A stretch of 64,000 nt of DNA from Promethearchaeota archaeon (GCA_019057865.1 JAHLWP010000013.1:1-64000); one strand, 5' to 3'. Shown: positions 33,146-43,383, counted from the stretch's first letter. The notes: generated by a model from the letters alone, not told the origin. Numbers and translations are program-made.

Positions 33146-34282
33146 ATGATTGAATTTATTGAAAATGGCTCTATTAAAAATCTTAAACGCATTTTAAAAG
33201 AAAATAACTTTAAAAATATTTTTTACATTACAGGTAATTCACCTTTAGAACAAGGTAATGTTGATAAAATCCAATTTATAATTGAGAATGAATGTAAATT
33301 TTTTCATTTTAATGATATTGCACCTACACCAACAGTTGAAGGTATTAAAAAGGCGCTAAATTTATTTAAGAAAGGTAATTATGATTTAATTTTAGCTATG
33401 GGAGGGGGGTCTGTTTTAGATATTGGTAAAAGTGTATCAATTTTTTCTACTAATAAAGGAGAAATTGAAGATTTTCTTTTAAAGAAACTAAAAATTAAAA
33501 GAAAAGGTACTCCATTAATATTAATTCCAACTACAGCAGGAACGGGTAGTGAAGCTACTCATTTCACCGTTATCTTTATCAAAAAAACAAAATATTCTTT
33601 AGCAGATCCTAAAATTTTACATGCGGATTATGCAATCGTAGACCCTGAATTAACATATAGTCTCCCTAAGAGAGTTACTGCTTATACAGGTATGGATGCA
33701 TTAAGTCAGGGAATAGAATCTTATTGGAATATCAATTCTACAGATGAATCAAAAGAATATGCAAAAAAAGCAATAGAGCTTGTTATGAATAATTTATTAA
33801 AAGCTGTTCATAATCCTAATGAAGAATCTAGATACAACATGGCACTTGCCGCTAATTATGCTGGAAAAGCTATAAATGTAACAAAAACAACAGCATGTCA
33901 TGCCATTTCGTATCCTATTACCTCATGTTTTAATGTACCTCATGGCCATGCAGTAGCTTTGACTTTACCTTCTATGATTGTCTTTAATTCGAGAGTTAAT
34001 GAAAATGATGTATTAGATACACGTGGAGTTGAATACGTAAAAAATATTATGAGTAAATTAGCCTCTATAATAGGTGTTTCTAGTTTTATTGAATCAAAAG
34101 AAAAAATCAAAAATTTAATGGTAGCTATTGAATTAGAAATAAAATTACAGGATTTGGGAATAAAATCTCAAGAAGATATTGAAATAATTATAAAAAATGG
34201 TTTTAATCTTGATAGAGTTAAAAATAATCCGAGATTATTAACAGAAACTCAATTAAGAAATATTTTAGAAGAAATAAGATGA
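33146..34282 (+). CDS. Iron-dependent alcohol dehydrogenase, phosphonoacetaldehyde reductase-like
   Basis: GGGSVLD, PTTAGTGSE, DALSQ, HAISY, HGHA; lies between pepM and ppd. Confidence 0.85.
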   Translation: MIEFIENGSIKNLKRILKENNFKNIFYITGNSPLEQGNVDKIQFIIENECKFFHFNDIAPTPTVEGIKKALNLFKKGNYDLILAMGGGSVLDIGKSVSIFSTNKGEIEDFLLKKLKIKRKGTPLILIPTTAGTGSEATHFTVIFIKKTKYSLADPKILHADYAIVDPELTYSLPKRVTAYTGMDALSQGIESYWNINSTDESKEYAKKAIELVMNNLLKAVHNPNEESRYNMALAANYAGKAINVTKTTACHAISYPITSCFNVPHGHAVALTLPSMIVFNSRVNENDVLDTRGVEYVKNIMSKLASIIGVSSFIESKEKIKNLMVAIELEIKLQDLGIKSQEDIEIIIKNGFNLDRVKNNPRLLTETQLRNILEEIR

Positions 34283-34995
34283 AAGTTATATTATTAAATG
34301 CGGGGATAGGTAAAAGGTTAGCCCCTTTAACCAACAATTTGCCAAAATGCCTTGTAAAAATAAGTAATAATGAAACAATTTTAGATCATCAATTAAAAAA
34401 TATTCTTAAGTATGGATTTAAAGATTTTATCATTCCAACAGGTCCGTTTGAGGAGAAAATTAAAACTCATATTATAGAACATTATCCTTCAATTAACGTT
34501 CAATATATTAATAATCCACTTCATGACAAAACAAATTACATATATTCCATATATTTAGTAAAAGACATGATTAATGATGATGTTTTATATTCTCATGGGG
34601 ATTTAATATTTTCTGGAAATTTAGTAAAATTATTACTTAAATCGAGTTATAAAAATTGTGTATTAGTTAATAAAGAAATTCCTCCTCCAGTAAAAGACTT
34701 TAAAGCAATTATATTAAATGATAGAATAAGTAAAATTGGAGTTAATTTGTTCGGACAGAATGCTGCATTCTTAGCCCCGTTATACAAACTCACTAAGGAA
34801 TTTATGTTAAGTTGGCTTAATCAAATAGAGAAATTTATAAATGATAACAAAGTAAATTATTATGCTGAAGATGCTTTAAATGAAATTCTGGATACTCTTG
34901 TTCTAAAACCTTGTTATTATAATGAATTCTGTGTCGAAATTGATGATTATGAAGATTTAGAAGGAGTAAAAAATTATTTTAATAATAATAAGTAA
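34279..34995 (+). CDS. LicC/PntC-like (phosphonate) cytidylyltransferase
   Basis: LLNAGIGKRL..PKCL, TNYIYS, HGDL, EIDDYEDL; ATGA overlap with the upstream gene. Confidence 0.85.
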   Translation: MKVILLNAGIGKRLAPLTNNLPKCLVKISNNETILDHQLKNILKYGFKDFIIPTGPFEEKIKTHIIEHYPSINVQYINNPLHDKTNYIYSIYLVKDMINDDVLYSHGDLIFSGNLVKLLLKSSYKNCVLVNKEIPPPVKDFKAIILNDRISKIGVNLFGQNAAFLAPLYKLTKEFMLSWLNQIEKFINDNKVNYYAEDALNEILDTLVLKPCYYNEFCVEIDDYEDLEGVKNYFNNNK

Positions 34996-35018
34996 AATAG
35001 TAGTTAATATAGGATAAA

Positions 35019-36155
35019 ATGATTTCTTGCGAAAAATTTTTTGAAATTCTAAAAATTAATAATTTTACATTCTTTACAGGAATTCCAGACTCAACTTTTA
35101 AAGATTTTATGAAATTCTTAGCTGATAATGATAGTAAAGATCTAAGAAATATTGTTGCATGTAATGAATGCGAAGCTATTGCATTAGCATCTGGTTATCA
35201 TTTAGCAACTAATAAAATAGGAATTGTATATATGCAGAATTCTGGACTTGGTAAGGCTGTTAATCCTCTTACATCCTTATGTGATCCTGATGTATATTCC
35301 ATTCCAATTCTTTTAATGATAGGATGGCGTGGTGAACCTGGAAAAATTGATGCTCCTCAACATAAAAAAATGGGAAAGATTACATTACCATTATTGGACA
35401 CACTCCAAATACCTTATATCGTATTGGAACCAGATTTAAGTGTAGTTAAAAAAGAACTTATTAAAGCATTAAATTATTTCAATGAAATTAAAGGACCATA
35501 TGCTTTTGTTTTTCGAAGAGGTTTCTTTAAAGAGCATAAAGTGAAATTTAAGCAATTAAATAACTATAGTCTAACCATAGAAGAAGTAATTCAATTGATT
35601 ATGGATAATTTGAACAACGATGAAATCATTGTTTCAACTACAGGTTATATTACACGAGAGCTATATGAATATAGAGAATCAAGAAATAAAGATCATCATA
35701 AAAGTTTTTATAATATTGGTTCTATGGGGTGTGCCAGCTCGATAGGATTAAGTATAGCGCTACACAAACCAAAAAATAGAGTTATAGTATTTGATGGAGA
35801 TGGCGCAGCTATTATGCAAATGGGTTCTTTTACAACAATAGGAAAAAATTCACCTTCTAACTTTGTCCATATTATTTTAGATAATGAAGCTCATGAATCT
35901 ACTGGTGGTCAACCAACTAATTCATCTAATGTTGACTTTGTAAATATTGCGCTCGCATCAAATTATAAATGGGGTGTTCGAGTTGAAAACATCGAAGATT
36001 TATTAAAATCGATTGATAAAATTAAAAACCGAAAAGGCCCAATCTTAGTATTAATAAAAATCAAAATCTATTCTAGATCAGAATTAAAAAGACCAAGTAA
36101 AAGTCCAAAAGAGTATAAAGAAGGATTTATGAGATATTTAAATGATTTAGATTAA
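35019..36155 (+). CDS. aepY: Phosphonopyruvate decarboxylase
   Basis: FTGIPDS, NECEA, YMQNSGLG.AVNPL, GWRGEPG..DAPQH, GSMG, DGDGA, HESTGGQ. Confidence 0.93.
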   Translation: MISCEKFFEILKINNFTFFTGIPDSTFKDFMKFLADNDSKDLRNIVACNECEAIALASGYHLATNKIGIVYMQNSGLGKAVNPLTSLCDPDVYSIPILLMIGWRGEPGKIDAPQHKKMGKITLPLLDTLQIPYIVLEPDLSVVKKELIKALNYFNEIKGPYAFVFRRGFFKEHKVKFKQLNNYSLTIEEVIQLIMDNLNNDEIIVSTTGYITRELYEYRESRNKDHHKSFYNIGSMGCASSIGLSIALHKPKNRVIVFDGDGAAIMQMGSFTTIGKNSPSNFVHIILDNEAHESTGGQPTNSSNVDFVNIALASNYKWGVRVENIEDLLKSIDKIKNRKGPILVLIKIKIYSRSELKRPSKSPKEYKEGFMRYLNDLD

Positions 36156-36301
36156 GGAACTTAATAATTACCTATAAAAATTTATTTTTTATGAACATTT
36201 TTATATGATATGAAATTTTTTATGATAAAATATAATTTAATAAAAAAATAGGATTTTTTTAATAAAAGGTAAATAATTTAAGTTTTTTTGTTGAAATACC
36301 A

Positions 36302-37294
36302 ATGACCTTACCCAGATCAAGTGACTTTTGGAAAAGTAGACGCATTTTAATAACTGGAGCTGCTGGTTTTATAGGAAGTAATTTAACAGATAAATTATTA
36401 GAAATTGGAGCAGAAGTAATTGGTTTAGATAATCTATTTAACGGTAGGATTGAAAATTTAGAAGAAGCTTTGAAAAATAAAAAATTTCAATTTCATAAGG
36501 GAGATATAAGAGATATAAACTTTTTATTAGATATTTTAAAAGATATTGATATTATATTTCATAAAGCAGCATTCACTAGTGTCCCTCAATCAGTAAAAAT
36601 GCCAGAATCTTGCAATGATGTCAATGTAAATGGCACTTTAAATTTATTAAACGCTGCTAGAAAAAAAGATGTAGAAAAAATTATCTTTGCTTCAAGTTCT
36701 TCTGTATATGGTGATACACCTACCTTACCAAAGAAAGAAGATATGCCAAGATTACCAATCTCTCCCTATGGAGTATCAAAGTTAGCGTGTGAGGCATATA
36801 TGCAGGCATTTCACCAGGTTTATGGATTAAAAACAATTTCATTAAGATATTTCAACGTTTTTGGTCCAAGGCAAAAAGATTCTCCATATAGTGGTGTTAT
36901 CGCAATTTGGTTAGGAAGAATCATTAATAATGAAGATTTGATAATATTTGGTGATGGCGAACAATCAAGAGATTTTACATACATTAAAGATGTGGTCCAA
37001 GCAAATTTAATGGCCGCTGAACATGATGTTTCAGGAGAGATCTTAAATGTAGGCGCTGGTTCTCCAATAACTTTAAACGATCTTGCAAAATTAATTCTAA
37101 ATATTACAAATAAAAAGAATTTAAAACTAATTTACACTGATCCTAGACCAGGTGATATTTTACACAGTTACGCTGATATTTCTAAAGCCAAAAGAATAAT
37201 TGGATTTCAACCGGAATATGATCAGGAACAAGGCTTAAGAGATTATTTTATATGGTATTGTAAAAAGTATAACGTTAATTTAAAAATTAACTAA
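36302..37294 (+). CDS. NAD-dependent epimerase (WbpP/GalE-like)
   Basis: TGAAGFIG, SVPQS, YGVSK, YFNVFGPRQ, GDGEQSRDF. Confidence 0.9.
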   Translation: MTLPRSSDFWKSRRILITGAAGFIGSNLTDKLLEIGAEVIGLDNLFNGRIENLEEALKNKKFQFHKGDIRDINFLLDILKDIDIIFHKAAFTSVPQSVKMPESCNDVNVNGTLNLLNAARKKDVEKIIFASSSSVYGDTPTLPKKEDMPRLPISPYGVSKLACEAYMQAFHQVYGLKTISLRYFNVFGPRQKDSPYSGVIAIWLGRIINNEDLIIFGDGEQSRDFTYIKDVVQANLMAAEHDVSGEILNVGAGSPITLNDLAKLILNITNKKNLKLIYTDPRPGDILHSYADISKAKRIIGFQPEYDQEQGLRDYFIWYCKKYNVNLKIN

Positions 37295-37299
37295 GAAAT

Positions 37300-39579
37300 A
37301 TGAATAGGCTTAGATTGAATCAAATACTTTTTAAGGTCAAATCCAGAAAGAATTTATTTATTTTCATTCTTTCTTTAATATCTTTAGGAATTATCCTTCT
37401 TAAGTTAGTTAATATTGATGAAATTATTGGAATATCGGATATGTTCCTGTTGGGTTTCATTTATCAAATAGCAATTGCTTTTAGTACAATTTTTACCATA
37501 CTATTCTTACCTACTTATCCCATTTTTTTTATTTTTTTTAAAGAAAAATCTTTTAATTTTTTAGAGAAACTGAGTTTGACTATTATTATTAATTCAGTTT
37601 TCTATATCTTTACAGGATATATTGGTTATTGGTTTGGAGTTCCTTTAACCGGGACTTTTTTCTTTTGTGCAATAATTATTTTATTCTTTCCAATAATATT
37701 TTATATTATTTACTCTGAATTTAAAAATGGGCCATATAAATTTCTTAGAAGTGAAATATCGTCAATACAAAGTGATCGAAATTTAATTAATTTTTCTTTA
37801 TTTAACTACTTTAAAAAGCTAATTTCTGTTAATGCCCTTTTATTGATAGTTTTTATATTCTTAATCTGCATCTCATATATTGTTAAAGTTAGCTATTTTG
37901 GAGGGACAGATCCATGGCTCCATGTTCTTAATAGTAGAATAATAACTGACATTAATTATTTACCTTTAGAAGGATATCATGGAACTATGGGTTTAAATAT
38001 ATTTGGAGCTGTGATTTATTTTTTTTCGGGAATAAATCATTTGCTAATTCCAAGATATTTTGTTTTTTATACATTTTTTGTATCCGCCTTAATATTTTAT
38101 AATATTCTCATGAGAATCTTCAGAAATAGAAACTTAGCAATTTTTGGTGTATTTATATTAGAATTCTCTTCATTAGGTTTTTCTACTATGATGCTTCAAT
38201 ATTGGCCATCCGGCTCAGCTCTGATCAAATGCCTAGCAATTTTCTTTCTTCTATATGTAAGATTGCAGGATTTTATTCAACCCGAACGACCCTCTAAAAA
38301 CCTTATTTTAAAAGATATATTTTTATTTTACATTCTAATAATCTTAATTTTTATTAGTGCTGTTCTTACGCATGTTGTTACATCTATGGTTTTATTAATT
38401 TCCTTTTTATGGTTATATTTTGTATATTTTATAAAAGATTATAGACGGGGAGTTGATTTTATATTTCTATGTGGATTAATTGGTATATTTTTAATTTTAA
38501 ACTTATTTGGTATAGGCTCTGGTCATTATTGGTTTTTTATTCCATTTGATTTTCCAATTCAGCTACTTATTTTAGGCGCAATCATGGGAGGAATAATAGG
38601 AATATTTTTTTTATGGAGGGTACAAAAATCAATTATTTTCACAAAAGGAAGGTATAAATTAATAATAACAGGGAAAAGAAGTAGATATTATAAGAAAATA
38701 GAAGACAAAATAATAATTCCACTAATATTTAGTATAACTATCTCGTTTACTCTTCTTTTTTTAATAGCAAACCTCTTTTGGTTTAATTTTCATATAGTGA
38801 ATATCTTTTATGTTGCTGAAATCCTAATTATTAGTTCTTTTGCAATCTGGGGTTTTGTATTATATCAAAAAAAACCAAAAGGAAAGCCATTGTTTTTATG
38901 GTCTATAGGTCTTTTGGTTCTTTTAGCCGCGGGTTTTATTTTTAATATCTTATTTTTAAGCAATATGATTTGGCAGAGAATTTTATATTTAATTCCTCCT
39001 GCTATTGTGATTGGATTTGTGTCATATATTTATAAACTAATTAAGATTGGTTCCATAAGAGCAATAAAATTGAAAATATTAATTTTATTTTTAGTATCCT
39101 TTTCATTATTTTCCACTTGTTTTTATGATTCTATTGCGTTTGAAGTTTTCAATTTAAAGAGAAGAGATGTATCTAATATCAGATGGTACTCTCGTTATAC
39201 TTCTAATAGAAATGTAATTATTTCAGAATTCGGTTGGAGTTATATTTTTAAATATTATGATTATCCATTTGACAATAGAAGTGAAGCTCTTCTTTATAAT
39301 GAAACAGATTATTTCTTGAAATATGATATTGATTTATTTCCCCCAGAAAACCATTTTGATGAAAATGGAACAAATATTTTACAAGAAATAAAGAGAGAGT
39401 ATAACACGGATGTTTATATAATATTTGATGGGGTTTATATAATTAATAAAGATTTTGAGTTGTTTGGGCAGTTGACGGAGGAAGAAGAAGAAATATATTA
39501 TACTCTGGATTATTTAAATAAGATTTGTTCTTCAATGACTGAGAATGGAGAGGAAACACCTACATTTTGGGTTATTTAA
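37300..39579 (+). CDS. Polytopic membrane protein, GT-C-like
   Basis: Many TM segments; GGTDPWLH loop motif; soluble C-terminal domain. Confidence 0.6.
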   Translation: MNRLRLNQILFKVKSRKNLFIFILSLISLGIILLKLVNIDEIIGISDMFLLGFIYQIAIAFSTIFTILFLPTYPIFFIFFKEKSFNFLEKLSLTIIINSVFYIFTGYIGYWFGVPLTGTFFFCAIIILFFPIIFYIIYSEFKNGPYKFLRSEISSIQSDRNLINFSLFNYFKKLISVNALLLIVFIFLICISYIVKVSYFGGTDPWLHVLNSRIITDINYLPLEGYHGTMGLNIFGAVIYFFSGINHLLIPRYFVFYTFFVSALIFYNILMRIFRNRNLAIFGVFILEFSSLGFSTMMLQYWPSGSALIKCLAIFFLLYVRLQDFIQPERPSKNLILKDIFLFYILIILIFISAVLTHVVTSMVLLISFLWLYFVYFIKDYRRGVDFIFLCGLIGIFLILNLFGIGSGHYWFFIPFDFPIQLLILGAIMGGIIGIFFLWRVQKSIIFTKGRYKLIITGKRSRYYKKIEDKIIIPLIFSITISFTLLFLIANLFWFNFHIVNIFYVAEILIISSFAIWGFVLYQKKPKGKPLFLWSIGLLVLLAAGFIFNILFLSNMIWQRILYLIPPAIVIGFVSYIYKLIKIGSIRAIKLKILILFLVSFSLFSTCFYDSIAFEVFNLKRRDVSNIRWYSRYTSNRNVIISEFGWSYIFKYYDYPFDNRSEALLYNETDYFLKYDIDLFPPENHFDENGTNILQEIKREYNTDVYIIFDGVYIINKDFELFGQLTEEEEEIYYTLDYLNKICSSMTENGEETPTFWVI

Positions 39580-40360
39580 TAAACTCAAAATCATTTGGAA
39601 AATAATCTTCAATTTTTTCTTTCAATATTTTTGTTGTGTTACCTTCAATTTTTATTAATTGAGGGATTTTTCCTATTTGCCCAATTTTACCTTTCCTGTA
39701 AATAAAGGCGCCAAATAAACCATCAACATCATTAACAGCATCTAAGCCTTTCTTTATAGATCCTTCAATATCGTTTCCCTTCACTAAATTTCCGATCGCT
39801 GTAGCAGCTCCATCTGCTAAAGTGGCATTTTCTGCAAAAATTGTAACTACATCTGCTTGACCAAGACTAATTGCATGACCTATTGTTGCAGAACTTGTAG
39901 CAATTCCTATGGGGCAATCATGCTTTTTAATTAAAAATCCCAAGTTTAAATTTAATTCATTAAATCCGGCATAAAGTGCTATTTTCAAAGGTTTTTCAGA
40001 TTCAATAGCAATTTCACCACCATTTTCAACAAGTGCGATTTTAACAGGAATAAAATCATTCTCATCCTTAACTTTCATAGATTCTATCATTAGATCTGCA
40101 AAAGCTCCTGCTACTGTTGCCATAGGTCCTACATTGCAGATACCCGCTGCATTTGCCATCAGATTAATAATTTTTAAATCAGTTATAACCTTTACTGGAG
40201 AAAAAGAAATAAGAAAATCATTATTTTCTAATAAGAATTTTTCTAAATTATTTCTATGATAATAAAACGCTTCTTTTGCTCTTAATATCGCATTTTTCGA
40301 TTCTGAAATAATTGTTATATCAGACTCTTTTTCCGTAAAATGAGATCTAAATATTTTCAA
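39572..40360 (-). CDS. UPF0280 / ApbE-like protein
   Basis: VGPMATVAG, VENGGEI, GIATSSATIGHAISLG.AD, ADGAAT. Confidence 0.85.
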   Translation of the reverse strand: MKIFRSHFTEKESDITIISESKNAILRAKEAFYYHRNNLEKFLLENNDFLISFSPVKVITDLKIINLMANAAGICNVGPMATVAGAFADLMIESMKVKDENDFIPVKIALVENGGEIAIESEKPLKIALYAGFNELNLNLGFLIKKHDCPIGIATSSATIGHAISLGQADVVTIFAENATLADGAATAIGNLVKGNDIEGSIKKGLDAVNDVDGLFGAFIYRKGKIGQIGKIPQLIKIEGNTTKILKEKIEDYFPNDFEFIK

Positions 40361-40470
40361 TCTAATATGCTATTGAGTTTGATTAAAATCTTATTTTATA
40401 GAGCTTTATTTTTAAATAAATATAAATAAATAATTTTACATTATTTATTAAAAAACAACATCTCTTAATA

Positions 40471-40962
40471 ATGATTCAAATTAATTACGAGGAAATTATC
40501 TCTCAACTTAAATCTGATTTAAAAGCTGAATGTGCTATAGCAAATAAGTATGGAATAGTGTTAGATTCTTTAATTAAAGAATTTGCTAAAGGAAAAGTCA
40601 TTCCACAAAAAATCATTTCTTTAATTGCAAGTTCTAAAGAAATTGCTAATGAGTTAAAGTTAAACCGAATCAATTCATTTACTCTAGAAGCCCAGAAGTA
40701 TAATTATTTATTTTCTTTCAGTGAAGAATTAATTTTAATATCAAAACTAGATTTAAATGTAAATTTAGCAAAGTTTATGCCAAGTATCAGTGTATTTTTA
40801 AAAAAATTAAGTGAAAGCTCTAAAGAGAAAGAAATTAAAAAATTTACAGTTTTCGATTTTTCCAAAGAAATCTCAAAAATCGAAGAGACATTAAAAAGAG
40901 AACAAATTAAACAAGATAAATATTCAATTATTAAAGATCTAGTAAAACTTATTTCCGATTGA
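40471..40962 (+). CDS. Roadblock/LAMTOR-like protein with C-terminal helical extension
   Basis: Helix, then CAIANKYGIVLDS, then helix and beta-strands (roadblock-like pattern); directly upstream of a GTPase. Confidence 0.5.
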   Translation: MIQINYEEIISQLKSDLKAECAIANKYGIVLDSLIKEFAKGKVIPQKIISLIASSKEIANELKLNRINSFTLEAQKYNYLFSFSEELILISKLDLNVNLAKFMPSISVFLKKLSESSKEKEIKKFTVFDFSKEISKIEETLKREQIKQDKYSIIKDLVKLISD

Positions 40963-41002
40963 TCCTTATAAAATTATAATTTAATTATTTTGGTGAATTG
41001 CT

Positions 41003-43147
41003 ATTTTAAGACAAGTATACATATATAAAGGTAATGAACTTTTATATTACAGACATTTTGGTAAAGCTTTAAAAGAAGAAATTTTTAATACACTTGTTTC
41101 AGAAATCATGGATGATGCTTTCGGTAGAGGAGGAAACAAGATTCAATATCATGATTATTTCAAATTTAGGGTATCTTATATAACTGAAAAGGATTTGGAA
41201 TTAATTTTTCTGTTTGTCACTGGTTTAACTGATAATTTTGACAATATAAAGAAAGAATTAATAAGATGTAAAAAAGAATTCTTAAACCTATTTGAAGATA
41301 TTTTACAACATAGATTTGATGCTAAAACCTTCGAAGTTTTTGATCCAACAATAGATTCTATTCATAGAAATTTAAGACCTAAAATTTCTCTTATTGGCTT
41401 TTCTGGGGTTGGAAAAACAACAATTACAAGATTGATAAAAGCAGAAGAAATTCCTATGCAACACATACCAACTATAACAGGAGATATCGCTACAATAAAA
41501 ATTGGCAAATTATATTTTCATCTTTGGGATTTTGCTGGACAAGAACAATTTAGTTACCTTTGGAATAATTTTATTAAAGGAAGTGACGCTGTACTATTAG
41601 TAACTGATTCTACATTAGAAAATGTAGAAAAAAGCAAATTCTTCTTAGAATTAATTAAAGAACAAGCCCCACATGCCCATACTGCTGTAATAGGAAATAA
41701 GCAGGATTTAGATGATGCTATAAATCCCTCACAAATGGAAAAAATTCTTAACTTAAAGTCATATTCCATGATTGCTAAGGATAGTAGTAATCGAGATAAA
41801 ATGATCCAAATTATAGCAGATATTTTAGATATGAGTGCTGAGATTTCACCTTTATTAAAACCACTTCTAGAAAGAGATAAATTAACAGAGGATGCCGTTA
41901 AAGCATTAGAATCTGCTGATTTCGATAAAGCAGCATTTCTATTTGAGAAAATAAGTGATCTATGTATTGATTTAGGAGATGACTCACTAGGAAGAGAATT
42001 TTTTGAAAAAGCACAAAAGATTAAATCTATGCTACAAAAGGTAGGCGCACCACAACCTACACCAGCAACACCACTAGAGACTGATACTCCTAGAAAACCA
42101 GCAATTACACCGAAGCCAGAAGCCCCCAAACCACCAATAACACCACCCCCTAAGAAGCCAGATGCACCTATACCACCAGTAATACCACCCTCTAAGAAGC
42201 CAGAAGTACCAAAACCTCCTATTACACCATCTCCTAAGAAACCAGAAGCACCTAAACCACCAATAACACCACCCCCTAAGAAGCCAGAAGTACCAAAACC
42301 TCCTATTACACCACCTCCTAAGAAGCCAGAAGTACCAAAACCTCCTATTACACCATCTCCTAAGAAGCCAGAAGTACCAAAACCTCCTATTACACCATCT
42401 CCTAAGAAACCAGAAGCACCTAAACCACCTATTACACCACCTGCTGGAATGACAGCAGAGCCTAAACCAGCATTCATTCCTCCTAAAAAGCAAAAAGCAC
42501 CTAAAATTGCACAAGAGGATATGGGTTTAAAATTAGACCCAAAAGATTTTATGATTAAACAAAGACCAAAGTCAGTAGAATTTGTACCTGAAGATGTAAA
42601 AACTAAATTAAAGACGGCTCCATATGGGCATGTTAAAAATGTAGAGCCGCCTAAGGCACCAGTATCTGTTTCACCAACTCAATTATTTAAAGAAAAACCA
42701 AAGACTAGACCAACTAGAGTTCCAAGTGCTACTGCTCCTAAAATCGCTCAAAAACCTATAAAAGTAAAAAAACCCGTAATGCCACCAGAAATTCCTAAAA
42801 CAAGTGTTCAAAAACAGACTCAAGTACCAATAATATCTAACCAGCAATTAGAACCATCAAAAATTACTAAATCAGATGTTCCCGAAACACCTCCTCAGAA
42901 AATTTTAGAAACTCCACAACTTGCTCCAATTATGGATAATAAACAAAAAGGAAACTTGAAGAAGACCTTATTAGATTTAAAGATAAAAAAGGCAAACGTT
43001 TCTAAGATATCCTTAGATTTTGAAATAAAAGAACTTACAGGAGAAATTACTGCTGATGAACTCAAGGAAAAGAAAAGCAAATTAGTTCTTTTAGAAAAGA
43101 AAATCGATGATGAAATTCAAGAATTACAAAAACTTTTAAATAATTAG
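41003..43147 (+). CDS. Longin-like domain + small GTPase + helical bundle + proline-rich repeats + coiled coil (probable ATT start 41003; track start 41108)
   Basis: GFSGVGKT, PTI, WDFAGQ, NKQD; N-terminal (M)LRQVYIYKGNELLYYRHFG; GGTGA at 40992. Confidence 0.85.
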   Translation: MLRQVYIYKGNELLYYRHFGKALKEEIFNTLVSEIMDDAFGRGGNKIQYHDYFKFRVSYITEKDLELIFLFVTGLTDNFDNIKKELIRCKKEFLNLFEDILQHRFDAKTFEVFDPTIDSIHRNLRPKISLIGFSGVGKTTITRLIKAEEIPMQHIPTITGDIATIKIGKLYFHLWDFAGQEQFSYLWNNFIKGSDAVLLVTDSTLENVEKSKFFLELIKEQAPHAHTAVIGNKQDLDDAINPSQMEKILNLKSYSMIAKDSSNRDKMIQIIADILDMSAEISPLLKPLLERDKLTEDAVKALESADFDKAAFLFEKISDLCIDLGDDSLGREFFEKAQKIKSMLQKVGAPQPTPATPLETDTPRKPAITPKPEAPKPPITPPPKKPDAPIPPVIPPSKKPEVPKPPITPSPKKPEAPKPPITPPPKKPEVPKPPITPPPKKPEVPKPPITPSPKKPEVPKPPITPSPKKPEAPKPPITPPAGMTAEPKPAFIPPKKQKAPKIAQEDMGLKLDPKDFMIKQRPKSVEFVPEDVKTKLKTAPYGHVKNVEPPKAPVSVSPTQLFKEKPKTRPTRVPSATAPKIAQKPIKVKKPVMPPEIPKTSVQKQTQVPIISNQQLEPSKITKSDVPETPPQKILETPQLAPIMDNKQKGNLKKTLLDLKIKKANVSKISLDFEIKELTGEITADELKEKKSKLVLLEKKIDDEIQELQKLLNN
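42113..42448 (+). repeat. 8 x 42-bp coding tandem repeat (KPE[AV]PKPPITP[PS]PK)
   Basis: Directly visible, e.g. repeated aagccagaagtaccaaaacctcctattacacca. Confidence 0.95.
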
Positions 43148-43383
43148 GCCACTTCTTTATTATTTTGCTTATTAGCAACTGGATTATGGATTCCATTATT
43201 TTTCACTTCTAAGAAAGCACTAATCAAATTAATATCAAACAATCAGATTTTAAAGATAAAATTAATTAATCTTATTTCTTAATTTTATTTAAATTTAGAA
43301 TATTACTCAATAAAGTATAATTAATATTCATACTTTAGAATAATAATACTTAATAGAGAATCGATCTATTCGGAATTTTTAAC

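Noticed and set aside
31427-36155. Methylphosphonate or aminoethylphosphonate pathway
   Set aside because: No MpnS/HEPD-like cupin or AEP transaminase in the window; HEP is the supported end product, although such genes could lie elsewhere
42113-42448. 42-bp repeats as a possible CRISPR array
   Set aside because: No unique spacers; in-frame coding repeat; no cas genes in the window
41554-42514. Gly-rich 307-aa and Trp/Arg/Cys-rich 146-aa repeat ORFs on the minus strand
   Set aside because: Antisense shadows of the proline-codon repeat in the GTPase gene
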